From: an uncultured Nitrospiraceae bacterium
GTDB lineage: Bacteria; Nitrospirota; Thermodesulfovibrionia; Thermodesulfovibrionales; Dissulfurispiraceae
Direction: 5' to 3'
Assembly (NCBI GenBank): GCA_963705105.1
Contig: CAVPIW010000014.1
Location: 224,001-288,000 of the forward strand
Length of the DNA: 64,000 nt
The notes beneath the pieces were generated by a model. That model worked only from the letters and a program-made list of their open reading frames with translations, was not told the origin of the DNA and made no database searches. Made by a program: the position numbers and the translations under genes. Below are positions 1-10,761 of this stretch, piece after piece. How positions within the stretch are numbered: position 1 is the first letter of the stretch; each line of letters begins with the position of its first letter.

Positions 1-1491
1 TACAGCCTGGAGAGGGAATTGTTCGGTTCCGTGCAGTATTTCAGCCAGCTTCTCTTGTATGCCAAACCGTGCGCCGTTCAGGGGCTTACTTCCGGATGGG
101 TTGGAAGCTCGGAGAAACTCTTTATCGCCGACCTCTATTCGAATAAGATTCTGGAGCTCGAAATTCCCGGAGCCGGCGTTCTGCCCCCCAATCCGAACCA
201 TTATGTGAGTCAGCCCGTCCCCATGCCCGAGGGGCTGGTGCTCGGCCGAAACACCAGCATGGCGGTCAACTCCCTCAAAGGGGAACTGCTGGTGACCGCG
301 GGCGATAACATCTTCAGGTACGATTCCGTCGCAAACAACTATCTTTTCCCGGAGACTGCAAAGCCGTTCATTCACATCGTTGGTGTCGATGCGGACCGCT
401 TTGGCACCCTTTACATCACCGATGGGCAATCGGGAACGATTACCGCCATCCCTTCTGATAAACAGAATAGCCTCTTCTATCAGGAGTTGATCACGAACCC
501 GGCCACTCGAAGCCTTTTTACTCTCAAGTCGAACATCAACTCACCAGGAGAGCTTCGTCTTTCAGGGGATCATCGTTCCATCGTGTGGTTTGACCACGAT
601 GGGTACCACAACAGGGTATTCGGCATCTCGGCCCGTGTCATCGACCTGCAGGGCAACCCCCTGGCGGGCGCCAGGGTGAGCTGTTCTGACCGCGGGGAGG
701 TGAGAAGCGCCCTCACAGACCAATACGGCGTATTCCATCTGCCGGGGTTGCTCCTGGAGGGATTTCCTCTTCAAATGGGGCTCCTGATCCGGAGCGCGGA
801 CGGCCGGAGCGGTACTTACATTGCTAAGATGAGGGACAGGGGGGAGACATTTATTCCGGAGCTCCTCTTCGTTCCGGACACCCTCCCGAGCGGGACGGTT
901 TCTCTGCCGACCCAGCCCTCGCCGGTCCCGCCCGTGTCGGTGTCCATTCCTCTTCCGCCTGCGTGGGATCCGGTCTTTGAGATTGACCGGCCGGAGCTCC
1001 CCCCGCCGCCGGTCCTCCCGGGAACGACGAGCCCGCGCGCGCCAAGGGTTGAAATCGTGACCCCCGTTGACGGGAAGAGGTTGAATCAGGATGAAGACCA
1101 GATTCTGGGCTATGTGGACGACCCGTCCGTTACGCAGGCCGTCCTTACAATGAACGGGATCGAAGAAACGGTTTCCGTCCAAGACCATCTTTTCAGGAAG
1201 TCCATTTCGCTTCGTCCCGGAGTGAACCATATTCAAGCAAAGGCGACGGTCTTCTCGGGCGGGGAGCCGTTGACGGGAATCTCCAAACCTGTGCTGGTTT
1301 TCAGGATCAACGAGAGTATCACGGCGGGAACCATCTCCGGCATCATCCGGGAGAGAAGCACGGGCTACCCTGTGCCGGACGCACTGATTCGCATTCAAGG
1401 AACCAATCTGGAAGCCTATGCGAATGAATTAGGGATATGGAGTATCAGAGAGGTTCCTTTGGGAACGGTTACGGTTGAAATCATTCCGTAG
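1..1491 (+). CDS. 5'-partial large secreted/surface protein: beta-propeller-like region, carboxypeptidase-regulatory-like (transthyretin-fold) domains, Pro-rich linker, Ig-like domain
   Basis: Frame is open from base 1. 'RVIDLQGNPLAGARV..TDQYGVF' and 'GTISGIIRERSTGYPVPDALI..ANELG' are CarboxypepD_reg-like; Pro-rich linker; 'LRPGVNHIQAKA' Ig-like. Confidence 0.75.
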   Translation, partial: YSLERELFGSVQYFSQLLLYAKPCAVQGLTSGWVGSSEKLFIADLYSNKILELEIPGAGVLPPNPNHYVSQPVPMPEGLVLGRNTSMAVNSLKGELLVTAGDNIFRYDSVANNYLFPETAKPFIHIVGVDADRFGTLYITDGQSGTITAIPSDKQNSLFYQELITNPATRSLFTLKSNINSPGELRLSGDHRSIVWFDHDGYHNRVFGISARVIDLQGNPLAGARVSCSDRGEVRSALTDQYGVFHLPGLLLEGFPLQMGLLIRSADGRSGTYIAKMRDRGETFIPELLFVPDTLPSGTVSLPTQPSPVPPVSVSIPLPPAWDPVFEIDRPELPPPPVLPGTTSPRAPRVEIVTPVDGKRLNQDEDQILGYVDDPSVTQAVLTMNGIEETVSVQDHLFRKSISLRPGVNHIQAKATVFSGGEPLTGISKPVLVFRINESITAGTISGIIRERSTGYPVPDALIRIQGTNLEAYANELGIWSIREVPLGTVTVEIIP

Positions 1492-1517
1492 GTATGACAC
1501 TCAGACTGGAGGATGAC

Positions 1518-4500
1518 ATGAGAAGGGGGATCAGGGGGAGATATTCAAAGGGAGTTCTGTGCGCCCTGTCATTTTTCCTTGCCGTATTCGTTCTTCTGGC
1601 CGGAAATCCTGCCCGAGCGGATTTCACGGTCACTGTGACCGGGCCGGGTGGGAGTGCGAGTCAGACCATATTGGGTGATGTGGGCGGTTCCTTCGACGTC
1701 AATATTCCCCTCAATAAGAACGCGGTGAATACCATAAAGGTGACTGCCACCGATGCTATCGGAAACAGTGCCTCCGAGGAGCTCAAGGTCACCCAGGTGG
1801 CGCTCGATGCCATCGTCGTTTCAAAGATCACCGCGCAAAGGCTCTCCGTCCAGGAAGTCGAACAACTGGTCAATGACGGGATAATCAATCTCGCCGATCC
1901 GGCGAATTACAACGTGTCAGCCTTCGATATCGTCCTCACGATTGCGGACCAGCCGGTCCCCGTCAGGGTGCCGGTCGCCGTTCCCAAGATCGCGGAAGAG
2001 AAGTCCGGGTGGGAGGTCTACAAGCTTCCTCCTGCCGGCGACGGCGGTGGCGGAGACAGGCCGAAACCTCCCCCTCCCGAGATCATCGTCTTCGAATCGA
2101 CGATCCCCGGTCCTCCGGGGGAGCCTCCGATTTCCATTCCCGGAGTGCTGGTCATAGAAGGCAAGATAAAGAGCCTCAAGGAGTTCTTCTCCGTCCGTCT
2201 GCTGCTGATGAACACGTCAGGGATCTTCACGCTCACCGACATAACTGCAATGATAGAATTTCCGGAGGGCGGACTTTCAACGGTGTCGCCCAAGGACGGC
2301 ATCATCTCCTTTGGAGAGATCCTTCCCGGCGAAGGCAACCAGCCCGGGCAGAAGGAAAAGGAGTGCATCATACGCGGCGACGAAATCGGCATGCGCGATG
2401 TGAAGGTGAACTTCGGCGGCTTCGTCAGGGGGCCGGGCATACCGGAAGACAAACCGATTCCCTTCAACGGCAGCGCCATGACCGAGGTCGAGGTGAAAGG
2501 GCCTCCGACCTTCAAGGTGGAGGTGACACATCCCGATTTTGTCACCCAGGGCGTGCCTTATGAGCTCAAGGTGGACATCACGAACACGGCCGACATCCCC
2601 GCCATGTATGCGAGCCTTTCTATCGCCCTTGGTGCGGACGGGGTCCTGGTGAAATGCAGCGTCGACGGGAACGGCAACCCCGTCTGCACCCAGATCCAAG
2701 GCGAAGACATAAGAAACCTCGGCCATATTCTGCCGGATCAGAAGGTTTCACAGGTCTTCACGGTGATGCCCCTGAAATCAGGGGCGATCAGCTCCTGCAT
2801 GGGCGCTTCGGACCAGAATATCAGCCTCCAGGTCTATGTGGGCAACATCGGCTGCGTGGTAGGACAGTTCCCTCCGGACAGGGTATCTCCGGACGGTTCG
2901 CCCGCAGTCAGCGTCCTTCCCACGCCGAATGCCAACGGCATCCACCCGGATTCGCCCGTGACCGCCTTCTTCAGCGAGCTGATGAACGAGGCCTCGATCA
3001 CAACCGGACCGGGCGGGACGTTCAACGTCTTTGACAGCGCCGGAAACGAGGTCTGGGGACAGTTGCGCCTTATCAGGCTCCCTGCTGACCCCACCGCCAA
3101 TCAAAAGACCGTTGCCATCTGGCAGCCGACGGGCGGCACACTTGTCGGTAACAAGAAATACACGGTCATTCTCACGACGAATATCATGGACCTCGAGGGC
3201 AAGAGACTGCCCTCCAAATGGGAGAGCACGTTCACCACGACCGGCACAGGTCTGGACGATATGGACCCGCCGACGGTCAGCCTCTCCATAGAGCCTCCGA
3301 TAAACCCCGGCTATGTCTTGCCGGGCCAGATCGTCAAAGTGGACGCCTACACCGCAGATCAGGGAAGCGGGGTCGCCCGCGTGGAGGCGAGAATAAAGGA
3401 TCTGGATGAACCGAACGCGCAGTATCAGCTCATAGACCAGAAGACGGTATTTGCAGGCGACAAGCCCCCTTTCATATTCCCGATTGATTCCGGGAAGCTG
3501 ATACTGAACCATACCTATCAGTTCAGGGCTACCGTTTATGACGGGGCGGGAAACCCCCGTGAGGCCACTATAGCGTTCAAGATTGCACCGACCGCAGCTG
3601 CACCGACTGTCACGTTGCCGGAAGATCCTGCCCAACCGGTCCTTCACGGCATCTCCGTTGATGTGACGCCCCTGAACGTTACCGGGGGCGTGAGGGAGGT
3701 GCGCTTCTATCTGGATGATGCGCCGAATCCTTTCAGGGTGGTCAGCATTGCCCCGTATCAGACGAGCCTCGGCACTCTCGGCTTGACACTCGGCACACAT
3801 ACAGTCCGCGCAGTCGCCCTTGACCCTCTGGGACAGTCTGGCGAAGACACTCTGTCTTTCACCCTCGCTGAAAACCTGAATATGCCGGTGGTCAACTTCG
3901 GCAGCGCCGTGAATGGGGCGAAGTACGCCCTGGGTGAACAGATCCTGGTGAAGCCGGTCATCAGCGATCCTGTGGGACTTGCTTCGGTCACCTATTACCT
4001 TGATGGTTTCCCCGGTAACCCTGGAGGTAACAACGGAGAGGTCCTCTATTCCGGCTTTGCACCCATTCTCTTCAGCACGACAGGGAGGAGCCTGGGGTCG
4101 CATACCATCTATGTAAAGGCGACGAACAACCTTGGCGTCTCTAATAACCTTAGCGATCCGGAATCCTCGCTGCAGTTTGTCATCACCGAGTACAAGGAAG
4201 GGCCGCCGCCCGCAGCGCCAACGGTCAACATTGTCTCATATCCCGAAAACGGCACAGTGACATTACAGGGTAACAGCGTTGCAAACGCGAGAATCAGCGT
4301 CACCAACGCGACCAAGGGACTGAGCATCAACGTGAATGCTGCGACCTCAGGGAGCTTTACCGCTCAGATCCCTGCTGATGCCGGAGATACCATCAGCCTG
4401 GTGGCCTACGATCTGACCACGTCCATCTATCCGAGCGCTGCCACGACGGTCACAGTCCAGGCCGCGCCGGTCCTGACGGGGATATCGGGCTCTCCGCAAT

Positions 4501-7500
4501 CAATGTCCTTCAATGCGCGGAATGAGTATCAGGACATCACCGTGACAGGGAATTACAACCAGGGGCCTTCGTCCAATGTGACCTCCAGAGCGACCTTCTC
4601 ATCCAGCAATCCTGCCGTTGCGTCTGTAAACTCATCGGGAAGGGTTGTGGCTCTCTCCTATGGGACAGCGACAATTACCGCAACGGTTGGAGGCTTTCAG
4701 GCGCAGGTGTCGGTCACGGTTACCATCGTTTCACTCACGAGCATCACCGTTGAGCCCTCTCCCGTCAATCTCGTCACCATCGGTCAGACACGGCAGCTCA
4801 CCGTGACGGGTCATTACAGCAACGGAACGACGCAGGTGCTGAACAGCGGGAACACATTTACAGCGGGCAACGTAGGCATCGCCACGGTCAATTCATCGGG
4901 CCTGATCAGCGCAGTCGGCAACGGGAACACACAGATTACGGTGTTCCACTCCGGTGTGGCGCCTGTCGCAGTGCCTGTTATGGTGGACATCACGCAAGAC
5001 ACGGCTCCGACCGTGCAGATTCTCAGTCCCGCCCCCGGTTCGTCCGTGGAGCGGGGACAGAACATTCAGGTCACGGTGAGGGCGCAGGACACGGTCGGAG
5101 GGGTGACAAGACTCACTCTCACCGTTACGGGAGAGACGAGCCATGCCGAGTTGAAACAGATCTCACCGGCCTCGCCTGATACGACACAGAGTTTCACCTT
5201 CGCCGTATCTTCCGCTGCCGCAATCGGAGGGAGCATCACTCTCAGTGCAACAGCCGAGGACACTGGCGGAAAGACGTCCCCGGTCTCTTCCGTTACGCTC
5301 AATGTGGTTGACCTCAACGCACCGGTCGTCAGCATCACTCTGCCTGCGAACCAGACACCATTCAACTATGGAGACACGGTTAACGTCAATATATCCGCGA
5401 CGGACGCCGTGGGAGTAACGCAGATCAGGTATGAGACGACGGGTGCACTGACCTTGTCGGGGTCGATGGCGATTACACCTGCTTCCCCATCGGCCATCGC
5501 GTCATTCAGCTTCGTCATCCCCTTCGGGGTGACAACCCCGAACGTCAGAATTCTCGCCTACGCAAGAGACGGGTACGGCAGAGAGGGAGCGGCCATTCCT
5601 GTGGATATCATTATCACCAATGCAGACATCACTCCTCCTGCAACAGTCGTCACAGCCGTTGCCGACCCCGGATTGAATGCAAGGACCACGATCACCTACC
5701 AGGTCACCTCGGGTCTCGCCGACCTCGACCATGTGGAGCTCTACTTCCGCCGGAACGGAATCGGCACATTCAACCGGTACACCGATGCAGATGGCGGAAA
5801 TCCACAGGGAACATTCTCCCCTGAGATCGGAAATGCCGGCTCGATTCTCTTCGATTCCACGAAGATGGGCGGCGACGGGACCTATGACTTTTACACTGTC
5901 GGCGTGGATAAGGCGGGAAACCGTGAACCTGCGCCTGTCAGCGCAGATCAGACAGCCGTCTTCAACGCCGGAACAGTCTGGACAACGATGAATTCACCGA
6001 CAACCATTGGCGAGGGCGATACCGCCTTTGATAATAAGAACCTGAGAATCACCGGCGCAACGGTTACTGTTAACGGACCTCACAGCTTCAAGAATGTCGA
6101 ACTGCTGAACGGCGCAGTCTTGACGCATTCCGACACAACGGCCTCGCAGGAATTCAGCCTCAACCTGTCCGCATGGACATTGTCCATCGATTCGACGAGC
6201 AGGATTGATGTGGCGGGGCGGGGCTACATAGGAGGCAATGGGGATTGGGAGAGCGGTCGAACGGTGGGCAATGTCTATGGGTCCGGCTCTGGGACCGGTG
6301 GCAGCTACGGCGGTCTGGGAGGCCGCTACAATGATGGTTCGGCCGGGCAGCCCAATTCCGTTTACGGCAGCCTTACGGACCCGGTGGACCTGGGAAGCGG
6401 TGGAGGCGCCTGGGGTGGTACGGATGGCGGGGATGGAGGCGGAAGGATTCTCATCAACGCCGTCAATGTTACAGTGGATGGCTCAATCCGCGCTAACGGC
6501 GGAGAAAGCGCGGGATCGGCTGCAGGAGACGGCAGCGGGGGGGGCATCCGTATTTCCACAAAAACCTTGTCAGGTGCCGGAAATATAACGGCAAACGGAG
6601 GAGGAAGCGGCAACGGGACCGGCGGTGGAGGCGGAAGAATCGCCATCACATTCTTTGACATGGAAACGATGAATGCAGGCGGGATCACCGCCATGGGAGG
6701 CCTCGGCCAATATGGCAGCGGCGCGAACGGTACGGTTTTCCTGAAACAGGAACAGACCGCCGGCGGCGAGCTTGTCATTACGGGGCAAGGACCTGCAACG
6801 CCGTGGACAAACCTCACCATCCCGACAGGATATACTTTTGATTCAATCACCTTACGAGACAATGCCAGGGTAATCACAAACGATCCGATCACGGTCACAG
6901 GGGCCTTATGGGTTACCGGCAATTCGATTCTCACGCACAGTGGCCCAAATGAGGCCGGATTGGTGATCAACGCCTCGGTGGTTCAAGTGGACGCAGGCAG
7001 CGCAATTGACGTGACGGGTCGCGGCTACGCGGGAGGCGCTGGGGATTGGGAAAGCGGCCGGACATTGGGTAATGCATACGGGTCCGGACCCGGAACCGGG
7101 GGCAGCTACGGCGGTCTGGGAGGCCGATACAGTGATGGATCCGCGGGACAGGCCAATCTGGTTTACGGCAACGTGAAGGACCCTGTGTTCCTGGGCAGCG
7201 GTGGAGGATCCTGGGGTGGTTACGACGGGGGCAGTGGCGGCGGACGGATCACGATCCATGCAACTGAGGAAGTGATCGTTCACGGCGCCATCCGGTCAAA
7301 CGGAGGAGAGAGCGCCGGCAGCGCAGCCGGAGACGGGTCCGGAGGATCGATCCGGATCGAAACATCCCGTCTTGCCGGGACCGGATCCATCAGCGCCAAT
7401 GGCGGCGGGTCCGGCAACGGTGTCGGCGGTGGTGGCGGACGGGTGGCCATCTATTGCGATTATGTGGATCCGACGGATGACCTCGGCGACCTTCGCGGCA

Positions 7501-10500
7501 CCACGGCCTTTGGAGGTCGCGGTAATTATGATAGCCGGAGGGCCAGCGCGGGAACGGTTTACATCAAATACAGCAACCAGCAGCAGGGGGATCTGTACAT
7601 CGATGACAATGTCGTGGATGGCAGCGGGACCCCCAACGGGACATCACCGGAGTCTACCCCGCTCACCTACATTACCTTCGGGACCACCGCCGGGGTGAAT
7701 ACCGATGCGTTTACTTTGACCACGGATGGACTGGCGTCGTTGATGCCTGGAGGTCTGGTGGGGATGAGAATCAATCCGGACATTACCCAGCAGGAGACCT
7801 TTGTCATCCAGTCCAACACGGCGAATGTGATCACGGTAATCAATCCGAACGAGCACGGGATTAACTTCTCAGCGGTGGCCGGCGCAGGGAAGACGTATGG
7901 CGGATGGTACCGGTTTGACAATGTCTTCTTCCGCCGGGGAGGCAACTTGGTGGTGGGAGACATTATCGAGGCGGGAACGATGAGGATTGAAGAATATGGG
8001 GTATTGACTCACTTCGAGACGACGCCCAGCTTCGTCTCCCAGCTTGACCTGACTGTAGGGGATCTTGTCATTGATACCACCGGCCGGATCGATGTCACGG
8101 GTCGCGGGTATATTGGTGGCAAGGGAGATTGGGAGAGAGGCCGGACAGTGGGCAATGTCTATGGGTCCGGCTCTGGGACCGGTGGCAGCTACGGCGGTCT
8201 GGGAGGCCGCTACAATGATGGTTCGGCCGGGCAGCCCAATGACCTGTATGGCAGTCTTACGGACCCTGTGGACCTGGGCAGCGGCGGCGGCGCCTGGGGT
8301 GGTACGGATGGCGGTGACGGAGGCGGCCGGATCTTCATCACGGCGACACACATCACGCTTAATGGTCGCATCATGGCCAACGGCGGGGAGAGTGAGGGAA
8401 GCGCTGCGGGAGATGGCTCCGGTGGCACGGTCAGTATCGTGACCGGCAGCCTCGCCGGAGGAGGGATCATCCAGGCCAACGGCGGTGGTAATGGCAACGG
8501 CACCGGCGGCGGCGGCGGGAGAATCGCTATCTACCATAATGGCTCCCTGACAGTGCCTGCGGCCAATATCACGGCCATCGGGGATGCGGGGCATTATGGC
8601 GTCGGAGGAAATGGAACGGTCTATTTCAGAGGACCCGGGCAGCAATATGGCGATCTCATCGTAGATGGCCTCGGTAATGCCACTCCAACGGATACGACGA
8701 CCATACCCGGAGACTATACCTTTAATGACATTGTCCTTCGAAACTCCGCAAGGGTCGTTGCGGATGACGGCATCACCGTAACGGGCAGATTGCTGATCAC
8801 CGGCAATTCGATTCTCACGCACAGTGGCCCAAATGAGACCGGATTGGTGATCAACGCCTCGGTGGTTCAAGTGGACGCAGGCAGCGCAATTGACGTGACG
8901 GGTCGCGGCTACGCGGGAGGCGCTGGGGATTGGGAAAGCGGCCGGACATTGGGTAATGCATACGGGTCCGGACCCGGAACCGGTGGCAGCTACGGCGGTC
9001 TGGGAGGCCGATACAGTGATGGATCCGCGGGGCAGGCCAATCTGGTTTACGGCAACGTGAAGGACCCTATGTTCCTGGGCAGCGGTGGAGGATCCTGGGG
9101 TGGTTACGACGGGGGCAGTGGCGGCGGACGGATCACGATCCATGCAACTGAGGAAGTGATCGTTCACGGCGCCATCCGGTCAAACGGAGGAGAGAGCGCC
9201 GGCAGCGCAGCCGGAGACGGGTCCGGAGGATCGATCCGGATCGAAACATCCCGTCTTGCCGGGACCGGATCCATCAGCGCCAATGGCGGCGGGTCCGGCA
9301 ACGGTGTCGGCGGTGGTGGCGGACGGGTGGCCATCTATTGCGATTATGTGGATCCGACGGATGACCTCGGCGACCTTCGCGGCACCACGGCCTTTGGAGG
9401 TCGCGGTAATTATGATAGCCGGAGGGCCAGCGCGGGAACGGTTTACATCAAATACAGCAACCAGCAGCAGGGGGATCTGTACATTGATGACAATGTCGTG
9501 GATGGCAGCGGGACCCCCAACGGGACATCACCGGAGTCTACCCCGCTCACCTACATTACCTTCGGGACCACCGCCGGGGTGAATACCGATGCGTTTACTT
9601 TGACCACGGATGGACTGGCGTCGTTGATGCCTGGAGGTCTGGTGGGGATGAGAATCAATCCGGACATTACCCAGCAGGAGACCTTTGTCATCCAGTCCAA
9701 CACGGCGAATGCGATCACGGTAATCAATCCGAACGAGCACGGGATTAACTTCTCAGCGGTGGCCGGCGCAGGGAAGACGTATGGCGGATGGTACCGGTTT
9801 GACAATGTCTTCTTCCGCCGGGGAGGCAACTTGGTGGTGGGAGACATTATCGAGGCGGGAACGATGAGGATTGAAGAATATGGGGTATTGACTCACTTCG
9901 AGACGACGCCCAGCTTCGTCTCCCAGCTTGACCTGACTGTAGGGGATCTTGTCATTGATACCACCGGCCGGATCGATGTCACGGGTCGCGGGTATATTGG
10001 TGGCAAGGGAGATTGGGAGAGAGGCCGGACAGTGGGCAATGTCTATGGGTCCGGCTCTGGGACCGGTGGCAGCTACGGCGGTCTGGGAGGCCGCTACAAT
10101 GATGGTTCGGCCGGGCAGCCCAATGACCTGTATGGCAGTCTTACGGACCCTGTGGACCTGGGCAGCGGCGGCGGCGCCTGGGGTGGTACGGATGGCGGTG
10201 ACGGAGGCGGCCGGATCTTCATCACGGCGACACACATCACGCTTAATGGTCGCATCATGGCCAACGGCGGGGAGAGTGAGGGAAGCGCTGCGGGAGATGG
10301 CTCCGGTGGCACGGTCAGTATCGTGACCGGCAGCCTCGCCGGAGGAGGGATCATCCAGGCCAACGGCGGTGGTAATGGCAACGGCACCGGCGGCGGAGGC
10401 GGTAGAATCGCAATCGATTACAATACTTCCAGTTTCAGCGGTGCGATTACTGCCAATGGAGGGGACGGGTCCTACGGTGATGGTGGACCCGGCACGGTCA

Positions 10501-10511
10501 ACCAGCAATAG
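1518..10511 (+). CDS. Giant (~3000 aa) secreted protein: signal peptide, many bacterial Ig-like domains, five glycine-rich modules
   Basis: GGAGGA RBS before ATG 1518 (ORF track starts at 1494). Signal peptide ending 'NPARA'; Big_2-like 'FSSSNPAVASVNSSG'; Big_5-like 'FSELMNEASI'; 5x 'GGSYGGLGG..LGSGGG'. Confidence 0.9.
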   Translation: MRRGIRGRYSKGVLCALSFFLAVFVLLAGNPARADFTVTVTGPGGSASQTILGDVGGSFDVNIPLNKNAVNTIKVTATDAIGNSASEELKVTQVALDAIVVSKITAQRLSVQEVEQLVNDGIINLADPANYNVSAFDIVLTIADQPVPVRVPVAVPKIAEEKSGWEVYKLPPAGDGGGGDRPKPPPPEIIVFESTIPGPPGEPPISIPGVLVIEGKIKSLKEFFSVRLLLMNTSGIFTLTDITAMIEFPEGGLSTVSPKDGIISFGEILPGEGNQPGQKEKECIIRGDEIGMRDVKVNFGGFVRGPGIPEDKPIPFNGSAMTEVEVKGPPTFKVEVTHPDFVTQGVPYELKVDITNTADIPAMYASLSIALGADGVLVKCSVDGNGNPVCTQIQGEDIRNLGHILPDQKVSQVFTVMPLKSGAISSCMGASDQNISLQVYVGNIGCVVGQFPPDRVSPDGSPAVSVLPTPNANGIHPDSPVTAFFSELMNEASITTGPGGTFNVFDSAGNEVWGQLRLIRLPADPTANQKTVAIWQPTGGTLVGNKKYTVILTTNIMDLEGKRLPSKWESTFTTTGTGLDDMDPPTVSLSIEPPINPGYVLPGQIVKVDAYTADQGSGVARVEARIKDLDEPNAQYQLIDQKTVFAGDKPPFIFPIDSGKLILNHTYQFRATVYDGAGNPREATIAFKIAPTAAAPTVTLPEDPAQPVLHGISVDVTPLNVTGGVREVRFYLDDAPNPFRVVSIAPYQTSLGTLGLTLGTHTVRAVALDPLGQSGEDTLSFTLAENLNMPVVNFGSAVNGAKYALGEQILVKPVISDPVGLASVTYYLDGFPGNPGGNNGEVLYSGFAPILFSTTGRSLGSHTIYVKATNNLGVSNNLSDPESSLQFVITEYKEGPPPAAPTVNIVSYPENGTVTLQGNSVANARISVTNATKGLSINVNAATSGSFTAQIPADAGDTISLVAYDLTTSIYPSAATTVTVQAAPVLTGISGSPQSMSFNARNEYQDITVTGNYNQGPSSNVTSRATFSSSNPAVASVNSSGRVVALSYGTATITATVGGFQAQVSVTVTIVSLTSITVEPSPVNLVTIGQTRQLTVTGHYSNGTTQVLNSGNTFTAGNVGIATVNSSGLISAVGNGNTQITVFHSGVAPVAVPVMVDITQDTAPTVQILSPAPGSSVERGQNIQVTVRAQDTVGGVTRLTLTVTGETSHAELKQISPASPDTTQSFTFAVSSAAAIGGSITLSATAEDTGGKTSPVSSVTLNVVDLNAPVVSITLPANQTPFNYGDTVNVNISATDAVGVTQIRYETTGALTLSGSMAITPASPSAIASFSFVIPFGVTTPNVRILAYARDGYGREGAAIPVDIIITNADITPPATVVTAVADPGLNARTTITYQVTSGLADLDHVELYFRRNGIGTFNRYTDADGGNPQGTFSPEIGNAGSILFDSTKMGGDGTYDFYTVGVDKAGNREPAPVSADQTAVFNAGTVWTTMNSPTTIGEGDTAFDNKNLRITGATVTVNGPHSFKNVELLNGAVLTHSDTTASQEFSLNLSAWTLSIDSTSRIDVAGRGYIGGNGDWESGRTVGNVYGSGSGTGGSYGGLGGRYNDGSAGQPNSVYGSLTDPVDLGSGGGAWGGTDGGDGGGRILINAVNVTVDGSIRANGGESAGSAAGDGSGGGIRISTKTLSGAGNITANGGGSGNGTGGGGGRIAITFFDMETMNAGGITAMGGLGQYGSGANGTVFLKQEQTAGGELVITGQGPATPWTNLTIPTGYTFDSITLRDNARVITNDPITVTGALWVTGNSILTHSGPNEAGLVINASVVQVDAGSAIDVTGRGYAGGAGDWESGRTLGNAYGSGPGTGGSYGGLGGRYSDGSAGQANLVYGNVKDPVFLGSGGGSWGGYDGGSGGGRITIHATEEVIVHGAIRSNGGESAGSAAGDGSGGSIRIETSRLAGTGSISANGGGSGNGVGGGGGRVAIYCDYVDPTDDLGDLRGTTAFGGRGNYDSRRASAGTVYIKYSNQQQGDLYIDDNVVDGSGTPNGTSPESTPLTYITFGTTAGVNTDAFTLTTDGLASLMPGGLVGMRINPDITQQETFVIQSNTANVITVINPNEHGINFSAVAGAGKTYGGWYRFDNVFFRRGGNLVVGDIIEAGTMRIEEYGVLTHFETTPSFVSQLDLTVGDLVIDTTGRIDVTGRGYIGGKGDWERGRTVGNVYGSGSGTGGSYGGLGGRYNDGSAGQPNDLYGSLTDPVDLGSGGGAWGGTDGGDGGGRIFITATHITLNGRIMANGGESEGSAAGDGSGGTVSIVTGSLAGGGIIQANGGGNGNGTGGGGGRIAIYHNGSLTVPAANITAIGDAGHYGVGGNGTVYFRGPGQQYGDLIVDGLGNATPTDTTTIPGDYTFNDIVLRNSARVVADDGITVTGRLLITGNSILTHSGPNETGLVINASVVQVDAGSAIDVTGRGYAGGAGDWESGRTLGNAYGSGPGTGGSYGGLGGRYSDGSAGQANLVYGNVKDPMFLGSGGGSWGGYDGGSGGGRITIHATEEVIVHGAIRSNGGESAGSAAGDGSGGSIRIETSRLAGTGSISANGGGSGNGVGGGGGRVAIYCDYVDPTDDLGDLRGTTAFGGRGNYDSRRASAGTVYIKYSNQQQGDLYIDDNVVDGSGTPNGTSPESTPLTYITFGTTAGVNTDAFTLTTDGLASLMPGGLVGMRINPDITQQETFVIQSNTANAITVINPNEHGINFSAVAGAGKTYGGWYRFDNVFFRRGGNLVVGDIIEAGTMRIEEYGVLTHFETTPSFVSQLDLTVGDLVIDTTGRIDVTGRGYIGGKGDWERGRTVGNVYGSGSGTGGSYGGLGGRYNDGSAGQPNDLYGSLTDPVDLGSGGGAWGGTDGGDGGGRIFITATHITLNGRIMANGGESEGSAAGDGSGGTVSIVTGSLAGGGIIQANGGGNGNGTGGGGGRIAIDYNTSSFSGAITANGGDGSYGDGGPGTVNQQ
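6915..10396 (+). repeat. Intragenic near-identical direct repeat: 6915-8512 = 8799-10396 (1598 bp, offset 1884)
   Basis: Direct comparison; about six substitutions counted by eye. Confidence 0.95.
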
Positions 10512-10656
10512 AAGTGGTCGATGGACGAGCCTCCGATTCAGACAGGATGTGCAGAGCGGCTGCTCCTCGACCCGACAGAAGCATAAACGGCGATGAAGCT
10601 CAGCTCTGAATAGGTTCTGGATGAGCATGCTCAGTCCCTGAAGAATTCACAATCAT

Positions 10657-10697
10657 CATGCCGGTCCCTGCGCGAATCCCCGCCGGGGGCCGGCATG
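10657..10697 (+). terminator. GC-rich hairpin after the giant gene (possible terminator)
   Basis: catgccggtccc...ggggccggcatg inverted repeat; the U-tract is weak. Confidence 0.4.
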
Positions 10698-10761
10698 CTC
10701 ACACCATTTTCCCGTCATTCCTGTTTCTCTTTTCATTCCATTCATGTATAATTTCAACTGT

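Noticed and set aside
6915..10396. Long repeat as a DGR template/variable pair
   Set aside because: Too long, both copies are in frame in one gene, and the differences are not adenine-specific.
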